Shown: positions 39,232 to 49,065 of the stretch, one piece after another
Numbering within the stretch: the stretch's first letter is position 1
How the letters are laid out: every line of letters starts with the position of its first letter
Made by a program: the position numbers and the translations under genes
Source of the DNA: Vicugna vicugna
Taxonomy: Eukaryota
Length of the DNA stretch: 64,000 bases
Assembly (NCBI GenBank): GCA_013265495.1
Contig: MU058844.1
Location: forward strand, 12,174,184 to 12,238,183
Reading direction: 5' to 3'
Notes under the pieces: generated by a model
The model's input: the letters and a program-made list of their open reading frames with translations, nothing else
What the model was told of the DNA's origin: nothing
Databases searched by the model: none

Positions 39232-39398
39232 GAGAGGGGAGAAAATAGCTCAGTGGTAGAGCATGTGCTTAGCATGCATGAGGCCCTGGGTTCAATCCCC
39301 AGTGCCTCCTTAAAATAAATAAATAAGCCAATAAATAAACCTAATTACCTCCCCTCACAAAAAACAATAAATAAAAATAAAATTTTTTTAAATTTTAA
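39232..39398 (+). mobile_element. tRNA-derived SINE (camelid vic-1-like)
   Basis: A box tagctcagtgg, B box ggttcaatccc, A-rich tail; 16-bp TSD aaaaacagaaaataca at 39216-39231 and 39399-39414. Confidence 0.9.
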
Positions 39399-39657
39399 AA
39401 AAACAGAAAATACAATGGTGGACCTAAATCCAACTATACCAGTAATTACGTGAAATACAAATGTTCTAAACACACAAATTAAAATATCAAATGTGAAAGT
39501 AAATCACAACAGTAACCAAGACCCAACTATATGTTGTCTACAAAATCCCACATTAAATACAAAGATATATGTGCGTTAAAAGTCAAAAGAAGGAAAACCA
39601 TATCACGTAAATTCAAATCAAAAGAAAGCTAGAGTAGCTATGTTAATATCAAAGAAG

Positions 39658-39815
39658 ATCCTACTGTAGAGCACAGAACTGTATTCAATGCCTTGTAATA
39701 GCCTATCATGAAAAAGAATATAAAAAGGAATATATACATAATGTACAACTGAATCGCTATGTTGTACACCAGAAATTAAAACACTGTAAAATCAACTATA
39801 TTTCAATTAAAAAAT
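39658..39815 (+). mobile_element. Younger LINE-1 3' tip nested in the ancient L1
   Basis: 'cctactgtagagcacagaactgtattcaatgccttgtaatagcc...gttgtacaccagaaatt...caactatatttcaattaaaaa'. Confidence 0.85.
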
Positions 39816-41167
39816 AATCCAAGAAGGCATCAGAACGAAAAACAAAAAAATGAAAAGGAACATCAATTCAACAAGGAGACATAAAAAAAAACCTAATTGT
39901 TGTTTATGCGTCTAACAACAGAACACCAAAACACATTAAGCAAAAACCAAGAGAACAGGAAAAAAAATATATAGATATGTCCCATAACTAAGCTTGGAGA
40001 CTTCAACACAACTTTCTCAGGTTTTAGACAGAAAAAGAAAAAAAAGAAGAAGAAGAAGAGGTCAACAAAAATGTAGAAGTAAACAATACTACCAATCAAC
40101 TCGATCTGACATTTTTAGCCCACTACACCAACAGCTGAATGCCTCCTGTTTCTAAGCGAAGATGGCACATTCAGCAAGACATACCACATCCTGGACCACA
40201 AAACACACCAATTTAAAAGAAATTAAATGCTGCAAAGTATGTTTTCTGACCACAATAGATTTAAACTACAAGTCAGTAAAAGAAAGCTATCTGGAAAATG
40301 ACCAAATGTTTGGAAAGTAAACGACACATTTCCAAATAATGCAGAGGTCAAAAAGGAAGTCTCCAGGAAAAGTAGAAATTACAACATTATCAAAATTTGT
40401 GGGCTTCAGCTCAAGAAGCGCATGGAGGGTAAATTATGGTATCGTTAAATGCTTACGTAAGAAAATAGAGTTCAAAATCATTACTATAAGCTTCCACCTT
40501 AAGAAAGTAGAAAAGGCTCATTCCACCTAAAACAAGCAGAAAGCCAGAAATAATAAAGCCAAAGGCAAAAATTAATGAAACTGACAACAACCACCAAAAA
40601 AAAACCAAGAAAAAAAAATCAATGAAATCAAAAGCCACTTCTCTTAAAGGACCAGTAAAACTGGTAAAACTCTATCCAGATTTATCGATCTAACAAAGCA
40701 AACAGAGAGAAGGTACAATTACCAACAATGGGAATGAAAGAGAGCAAAATCACCTCAGACCCCACAAACATTCAGAGGATAATAAGAGAAGATTATGAAC
40801 AGCATATTTGACAACTTAGACGAAACAGACGATCACTTGAAAGACACAAACTGTTAAGCTGAGACAAAAAGGTAACCCGAATAGGCCTAAAACTATTTTG
40901 AAAAAATTCAACTCACAATTAAAATTCTTCCAACAAAGAAGACTCCAGGCCCAGATGGTTTCTCTGGGAAATTCTACCAAATATTCAAGGAAGAAATCCT
41001 GTAAGTTTCACAAAATCTCTTTCAGAAAATGGAAAAGAGCACTTCCCAGCTCATTTTATGAGTCTAGCATTACACTGAGACTAAAACCAGACAAAGACAT
41101 TACAGGAAAACTATACATATTCTTCATGAATATAGATGCAAAAATCCTCAAGAGAATATTAGCATAT

Positions 41168-41222
41168 CGTGTGTGTGTGTATATATATATACACACATAT
41201 ACATATATATACACACATACCA
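41168..41222. repeat. Compound (TG)/(TA)/(CA) microsatellite
   Basis: cgtgtgtgtgtgtatatatatatacacacatatacatatatatacacacatac. Confidence 0.9.
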
Positions 41223-41566
41223 TTTATTATTTCATAATTAACTGGGGCTTATTTCAACAATACAAGTCTACTTCAACATTCTAAAACTAAACGTAATTCA
41301 CCATATAAACAGATGAGTAAAAAACCCATCTGATTATATCAATAGATGCAGAAAAATTCATGTGACAAAATTTAATACCCATTAATGATTTTTTAAAAAA
41401 TTAATGTTAGCAGCATAATATGAATGAGAGGGAATCCTCTTAACCTAATCAATGGTATCTGCAAAAAAAATCTACAGCTAACATCAAACTTGGTAACAGG
41501 CTGGATGCTTTCCCCTAAAATTGGGGAAAATGTCAGGCTAATCTATTCTCACCATTTCAAAGTTCT

Positions 41567-41725
41567 TTTTTTTTAAATTTTTTATTTATTATTTTATTTG
41601 GGGGGAGGAGGTAAGTGGATTTTTATTTATTTACTTACTTTTTTTTAATGCAGTTACTGGGGATTGAACACAGGACCTCATGCTTGCTAAGCATGTGCTC
41701 TACCACTGAGCTATACCCTCCCCCC
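41567..41725 (-). mobile_element. tRNA-derived SINE (camelid vic-1-like)
   Basis: Reverse complement of ggggggagggtatagctcagtggtagagcacatgcttagc...tgttcaatccccagt; 10-bp TSD tcaaagttct at 41557-41566 and 41726-41735. Confidence 0.9.
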
Positions 41726-44700
41726 TCAAAGTTCTAATCAGTGCAATAAAATGAAAAAAGAAAAGGCATACAGACTGAAAAAGAAATAAAACTATGCCTA
41801 TGTGTAGACAACATGATTGCCTATATAAAAAAAAAGTCAAGCAATTCTCATAAGCAGCTCCTACAACTTGTAAGGTTTAATAAGATCACAGGAAACAAGG
41901 GAGAAATGCAAAAATCAGTATTTCTATAAGTAACAATAAGTAACTTGAAATCAAAAATGTTTTAAACTACCTTTTGTAATATCATTATAAAATATTTAGA
42001 TGATTTAAATCTTGAACAAAATATACAATCTCTGTATGCTAAAAATTTATAAAACACTGATGTCAGACAAAGAAGAAATAAAGGGAGAATTACATTATGC
42101 TCATAGATTGGAAGATTCAATACTACTAAGATGTCAATTATCCCAAATTGATATATAGAAATTGTATTACAGAGTCAGTGTAAATTCTATAAAAATGCCA
42201 GGAGAAAATTTTTTTAGCAATCAAACAAGCTGATTTTAAAATTCATATGGGAAGGCAAAGGAACCAGAGCACCCAAAACAATTTTAAGAAAACAAAGTTG
42301 GAGGACTTCCAGTACCTTATTCTAAGATTTTCTATAAAGTTATGGTAATCAAGAGAGTAAGGTGTTACTATAGAGACATTAATCAGTGGAACAGAATGGA
42401 GAGACCAGAAGTAAAAGCACACAAATACAATCGATTTTGATAAGGATGCAAAGGTGATTCAATGAAGAACTTTTTCAACAACTGGTACTGGAATAACTGA
42501 ACATATGCATGCCAAAAAAACAATACAGCAAAAAAGCTCTTGCCATAAAGGCTATGCTTTATACAAAAATTAACTGAAAATGGATTATATACCTAAATGT
42601 AATCCATAAAACTATAAAACTTTTATGGGACCCTGGGTTAGTCAAATAGTTCTTAAATATAGCACTAAAACCAAAAAAAAAAAATACAGATAAACTGGAC
42701 TTGAAATTTTAAAACATTTTGCTCTGCAAAAGTCTCTGTGAAGAGAACTGAAAGACAAGCCACAGAGTGGCAAAAAACATATTTTCAAGTCACAAAAGTG
42801 ACAAAAGACTTGTAACCAGAGTATATGATGTACACATAATAAGAAAACCCTTTTTCCAATGTGCAAAAGGTTAAAACAGTTCATTGTTTTAACAAGACAT
42901 ATGATAAGCACATGAAAGGATGCTCAACATTATTAGTCATTAGAAAAATGCAAATTAAAACGACAGTGAGATATGTAAATTAGAACTACAATGAGATACA
43001 ATTGAACTCCTTTAGAATAGTTAAACTTAAAAAAAAAAGTTGCCAAGTGCTGGCAAAGCAGGAGAGCAACAGACATTCAAACTTTCTGGTGAGAAGACTT
43101 CAAAGTGTCACAGTCACTCTGAAAAAGACAGTTTGACAGTTTCTTATTAAGTTAATCATACACTTACCATACAATCCAACAACCCCACTCCTAGGTAGTT
43201 TATCCAAGATAAATCCTTACATTCACATAAAAACTTGTATTCGAACATTTATAGCAACCTTATAATTGTTGAAAACTAGAAGCATCCCAGATGTCTCAAC
43301 TGGTATGTGGGTGAGCCAACTACGGTACATCCACACAGTGGAATATTACGCAGTACAAAGGAAAAACTGATACACACAACAGCTTAGGTCAATCTCAAAT
43401 GCATTATACTAAGTGGGGGAGAAAAAGCCAACTGAAAAGGCTATTATTCCACTTACATCACATTATGAAAGAGGTCAAAGTATAAAGATGGAGAACCAAT
43501 CAGTGGTTGCCAGGGGTTAGAAAACAGGGTAGGGGGAGAGGTGCTTGAGTAGAAAGGGGCAGCATGAGGGAATTTTTCAAAAGACAACCGTCTGAACCTT
43601 GACTGTGCTGATGGTTACACAACTCCCATGCCATTTATCATAATTCACAGAGCTAAACGTCAAAAAAAGTGACTTAACAAATGTAAATTTCATAAGCAAA
43701 TAATTTTTTATATCTTCAGTAAATCTCTCGTTGCCTTTCATTCAGCTCCCAAATCTTACAAGAAAATACAGCATTTTTGGGACAAGACAACCAATAAGCA
43801 GGCACAAGCATGCACACACATCAAACGCTTCATCATAGCACTCCTTGGTTCATCAATTATGAATATTTCCGTTTCAACTTAGAAAGCGGTGAAGCAAAAT
43901 ACATGTGATCATATGACTAGGATCAAGACGCCTAATATAAAGACCTGTTTTCAACTTAGTCTGGCTCTGCAAACAGTAATGTTTATTTGTTTACCATTGG
44001 AAAGGCAAAGCCAAGATAAATAAAACATTTCAGTAAAGGGGTGAGTTTTCATCTAACAGAAACAAGAATTTCAAGCTACTCCCTGTTGTTCAGAATTGAA
44101 TAGGGATGACAGAGGAAAAGTCAGTGTCATCAGAATTTCTACCCAAACATGCTTTACCATGACAATTCTGCTCTAAGCATTGCCTAAGATAACAAAACCT
44201 ACAGAATTTTATCTGCTTTCTACACACATCCATAAGCTTCTAAATAAAATACACATACACACACAAAACTCCAAGACACAGACAATCACTGTCAATTGAC
44301 AGCATTAGACAAATAAAAGTTATTATAAAAGTGAAATATTTTTAACATCTTTTTTAACTAATCCTTTATTATGAGAAATGGGGCTCTCAATTAGTCAAAT
44401 AATTGCCATCATTTCAAAAGAATGTTCATCAGTCTGGCAATGACACGAAGTTGTAACTGCGACCCCAGTGGCCCTCAGCAGCATGCTGGCTGCCTCTCTC
44501 CACACAAGGGGGAACCTGTGCCTTTATTTCCTCTCTACCTGGATTTGCCCTGGAATTGGTGCTGCAGAATCAGGAGCCGACCATTCAAAAGGCCAGCATA
44601 ACAATAACAAACCAGATGGAATGAGACATTAGCCACCCTTGGGTGGCAAAGTTTATACCAAAATCTAAAAGGAGGCGAAAAGTGTAAAACCTACGATGTT

Positions 44701-45189
44701 GCGGTGAAGAATGAAATGACAGAAAAACAAAGGCTGGCAAATCAGCAGAAGCAGACAGGGAGGTACAGCCTGATTCCTGGAGAAATGCTGGGATTAGCAC
44801 ATTAGCATTCGCCTTCCTGACTCTAATCACCAGGATTCTCTTCTACACAGGCTCCAGGTACGATGATGGGAGACCCTCGGGCTTGGCTGCAGATATAGGT
44901 TTGGGAAGAATACTGTTTCTCATTTTCTCTTCCATATTTGCATCCATTGGTCAAGAGAATCACTCAGGGTCAAATGTATACATGAAGAAAGAAATTAATC
45001 TCTAATAATAAAGAAGATCTAAGTACAATACCATTATTATGAATGTCACATCCTCATCAGTGAATTTGTTACACACAACGGAGTTGCATGAAAATGAAGA
45101 CTGACTCAGACCTGACATTTTTTGCTTACTCTAACCTACTCTTTAGCTGTTTTATAATTGGACATGTCAGCAAGTAAGAAGGGAGATGA

Positions 45190-45395
45190 GCGGTACCCAG
45201 TCTACACCAGGTCCTTCGCATCCATGACCTCATTCAAGCCTCACTACAACCCGGTGAGCTGAGCATTATCATCTCTCCCTAATAGATAAGTAAACTGGTC
45301 CAGAGAGGTAAAGCTGCCTGCCCAAAATTAAAGAGTTAAGCACTAAGTTCTAAGTATCAATCCCCAAATATGATTGCTTAAGCTTAATTTTCTAA
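45190..45395 (-). mobile_element. MIR SINE
   Basis: 'ctcattcaagcctcactacaacccggtgag...attatcatctctccctaatagataagtaaactggtccagagaggtaaag'. Confidence 0.7.
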
Positions 45396-45749
45396 TCTGC
45401 CTGCATTACAGATAAAGGTTATGGGTTCCTCTTTCTCATCACCTTATAAGTGCACCCGTGGAAGGGCACCATTCCACGAAGCACCTTCCCTTTCCTTAGT
45501 GATCTCTACAGTGGCACCAAATGAATTCCAAAGGCCTGAAGATTTCTCTAGCACAGTGTCTGAATGTCATCCTAAGAAGTGATAAACTGCACAGTAGAAG
45601 TAGAAAGAAACAAATGTACAATGAAACTGAAAGAAGTTTTTCCATTCATTCATGTATTCTTTGATTCCTTTCATCAATGTTTTTTCTGTTTTCAGTGTAT
45701 GAGTCTTTTACCACCTTGGCTAGGTTTTGTCCCTAGTATTTTATTCTTT

Positions 45750-46444
45750 CTTCCTAACTGAAGTGTAGGTGATTTACAATGTTGTGTTAATTTCTGGTGT
45801 ACAATATAGTGATTCAGTTATATATACATATATTCCTTTTCATATTATATTTCATTATAGGCTATTACAAGGTATTGAGTACAGTTCCCTGTACTATGTC
45901 ATAGGAACTTGTTTATGTATTTTGTGTACAGTAGTTAGTATCTGCAAATCTCAAACTCCCAGTTTACCCTCCCCATCCCTTTTCCCTTGTGGTTTGTTTT
46001 CTATGTCTGAGTCTGTTTCTGTTTTGTAAATAAGTTCATTTGTGTCTCATTTTTAGACTCCATATATAAGTGATATCATGTAGTATTTTTCTTTCTTTCT
46101 TCACTTAGTACGACAATCTCCAGGTCCATTCATGTTGCTGCAAATGGTATTATTTTATTATTTTTGATCACTGAGTAGTATTCCACTGTGTGTGTGTATA
46201 CATATGTATGTGTGTGTATGTATGTGTGTATATATATGTATGTCTTTATCCAATCACCTGACAATGGACATTTAGGTTGCTTCCATGTCTTGGATATTGT
46301 AAATAGTGCTTCTATGAACATTGGGGTGCGTGTATCTTTCGAATTAGTTTTCTCCAGATATATGCCTGGGAGTGGGATTGCTGGATCATATGATAAGTCT
46401 GTTTTTAGTTTTTTAAGGCAATCCGCATACCATTTTCCAAAATG
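45750..46444 (-). mobile_element. Younger LINE-1 3' end nested in the inverted segment
   Basis: Minus-strand MFIEALFTISKTWKQPKCPLSGDWIK plus 3' UTR; TSD tttattcttt at 45740-45749 and 46445-46454. Confidence 0.9.
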
Positions 46445-46997
46445 TTTATTCTTTTTGATGTTGTTTTGAATGGAACTGCTTTCTTAATTTCTTTTTTAGA
46501 TAGTTTATTGTTAGTCTATAGAAAAGGAACTATAATGTTTTGTCAATTATGCCTCAATTTAGTTTTTTTAAATAAAAAGATTTTTATAATGATTTTCTAT
46601 CATGCAACTTTACTGAATTTGTTAATTAGTTGTAACAATTTTTTGTGAACTCTTTAGAGTTTAACATACAAGACTATGTGGTCTTTAAATAGAGATAGTT
46701 TTACATCTTCCTCTCCAATTTTGATGCCTTTAATTTCTCCCATGTTCACAAACTGGAAGATTTAATATTAAAATGTCCATACTATCCAAAGTGATTGATA
46801 GATTCAATGCAATCTCTATCAAAATATCAAGGGCACATTTTTACAGAAATAGAAAAAAAATCCTAAAATTCATATGGAACCTTTTATAAAGGACTCCAAA
46901 TAGCCAAAACAATCTCGAGAAAGAAGAACATCACATTGTCTCATTTCAAGATACAAAAAATGTTTAAACAACAACAACAAAAACAAAAATCAAGATA

Positions 46998-47207
46998 CAA
47001 TGACTGTTGAACAACATGGGTTTGACTATATAGGTCCACTTACATGAGGATTTTTTTCAAAAATAATTGTTACAGTACTACACAATAACACAGTTGGCTG
47101 AATCCATGGATGTGGAAACATGTATACAGAGGGCCAACTATAAGTTATACTCAGATTTTGGACTATACAAGGGGTCAGCACCCCTAGCCCTTGCAGCGTT
47201 CAAGAGT
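46998..47207 (-). mobile_element. Tigger1a-type element nested in L1
   Basis: Homologous, in opposite orientation, to 26306-26518 ('gttggctgaatccatggatgtggaa', 'gagggccaactataagttatac'); L1 ORF2 resumes at 'tatattacaaagccacagtaatt'. Confidence 0.85.
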
Positions 47208-48639
47208 ATATTACAAAGCCACAGTAATTAAAACAGTATGGTACGGGCATAAAAACAGACACATACACCAACTGAACAGAATAGAAAGTCCAGAAATAAG
47301 CCCAGGTGTATACATCAACTGCTCTTAGACAAGGGTTCCAAGAACATACAATGCGGAAAGGCTAGTCTCTTCAGCAAATGATGTTGGGAAAACTGGACAG
47401 CCCCAAGAATGAAATTACACCCTTATCTTACTCCATACACAAAAATCAAATCAGAATGGATTAAATGTTTAAACATAAGACCTGAAATTGTGTTAAGTCT
47501 TTGAAGAAAACACAGGGTAAAAATTTGTGACATTGGTCTTTCTTGGCTATGACACCAAAAACATACACAATAAAAGCAAAAATATATAAGTGAGACTACA
47601 TCAAATGAAAAAGTTTCTTCATAGCAAAGGAAACAGAGTGAAAAAAACCTATGGAATAGGAGAAAATATTTGCAAACCAAGTATCTGATATGGGATTAAT
47701 ATCCAAAATATATAAAGGACTCACTTTTACAACTCAACATCAAAAAAACAAAAACAAATAATCCAATTTAAAATGAGCAAAGTACTTGAACAAATAGTTC
47801 TCTACAGTCAGCATACAAACAATAAGTAGGTATATGAAAAGACATTCAGCATCACAGATGAGGAAAATGCAAGCCAAAATCATAATGAGATATCACCTCA
47901 TATCTATTAAGATATCTATTATCCAAAAAACAAAAGCTCACAAGTGTTGGTGAGAATGTAGAGATATTGGATACTATTATATACATTGGTAGAAATGTAA
48001 AATGGTGTAGCCATATGGAAAACCATATGGCATGCCCTCAAAAAATTAAATATAGAACTACCATATGATCCAGCAACCAATCCCACTTCTTGGTACATAT
48101 CCAAAAAAATGAAATCAGGAACTTGAAGAGATACCTGCCCTCCCATGTTCTTGCAGTATCATTCACAATAACTAAGACATAGAAGCAATCTAAGTGTCCA
48201 ATCACACACACACACAGAGGAATATTATTCAGCCTTAGAGAAGGAAATCCTGCTATACACAACAGCACAGATGAACCTGGAGGACATTATGCTAAATGAA
48301 ATAAGCCAGACACAGAAGGACAAATGCTGCATGATTTCACTTCTGCAAGTTACCTAAAATAGTTAAAATCATAGAAGCAAAGGGTAGAGTGGTGGTTGCC
48401 AGGGGCTACAAGGAGAGAGAAACATGGAGATGCTATGCAACAGGTATGAAGTTTGTTATACAAGATAAATAAGTCCTAGAGACCTGTTGCACAACATTGT
48501 GCCTATAGTTAACAAAAGTGTATTGTACTGTAAAATTCTGTTAAGTGTTCTTACTAAAGTAGTAAAATGAAAAAAAAAAAAAAGAAATGGGAAGAAGTTA
48601 TGCCTTCTCAAACATTCATGCAACTAGTAGAGAAAAAAA

Positions 48640-48860
48640 ATTGAAGGAGCATGGAATTCGGTATCAGAGAGAATTGGGTTGAAAACCCAACTCAGCCTCC
48701 TTCTAGACTTTTAAGTCTTTCTTAGGCTCAGCCCTCTTACCAGTAAAATGGGAATTGTAACACTTGCTTCTTAGGATTGCTGTCGGGATTAAAGTTAAGT
48801 ACGCAAATACCTACAAGTGTAACTGGCACACAGCAAGTGAGCAGGTAAGTACTAGTATCC
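48640..48860 (+). mobile_element. MIR SINE
   Basis: 'cagtaaaatgggaattgtaacacttgcttcttaggattgctgtcgggattaaa...ctggcacacagcaagtg'. Confidence 0.7.
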
Positions 48861-48986
48861 TTCCTTTACAGCGTATAAACCTCCTGAACTTCCTCCTATT
48901 TCACAAAAATGCTAAAGCAAAAATGCTAGAGTGACTCTGAATAAGAATCTAAAGTACACACTATAGATGTGATCCCTTAAAAGCAG

Positions 48987-49065
48987 AATTGAATCACTAT
49001 GCTGCACACCAGAAACAAACACAACACTGTCAATCAACTCTACTTCAATCTGAAAAAATAAAAAG
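48987..49065 (+). mobile_element. LINE-1 extreme 3' tip
   Basis: 'tgaatcactatgctgcacaccagaaacaaacacaacactgtcaatcaactctacttcaat' plus A tail. Confidence 0.8.

Larger units (their letters stand above)
36925..43710 (+). mobile_element. Near full-length ancient LINE-1 (L1MD/L1ME1-like), heavily decayed
   Basis: Collinear order: 5' region starting 'ttcctggtaccagccaagatgg'; ORF1-like A-rich region (~38.0-39.2 kb); endonuclease region ('caagacccaactatatgttgtctacaa', 'ggagacttcaacac'); RT remnants (FFMNIDAKILKRILA); ORF2 3' part; 3' UTR to ~43.7 kb. Confidence 0.85.
45639..48583 (+). mobile_element. 5'-inverted (twin-primed) LINE-1, L1MA9/L1MB-like; inverted part 45639-46738, sense part 46739-48583
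   Basis: The antisense ORF2 piece ends at ...gaatgga and the sense piece resumes at cccatgttcac..., which is nearly contiguous in L1; decayed 16-bp TSD gaaactgaaagaagtt (45623-45638) / gaaatgggaagaagtt (48584-48599). Confidence 0.85.

Noticed and set aside
39232..39310. tRNA-like sequence with A and B boxes
   Set aside because: It has an A-rich tail, a TSD and a second copy in the window, so it is a SINE head and not a tRNA gene
40898..41284. 128-aa ORF with an RT-like motif
   Set aside because: Frameshifted remnant of the ancient L1 ORF2 that runs into a microsatellite
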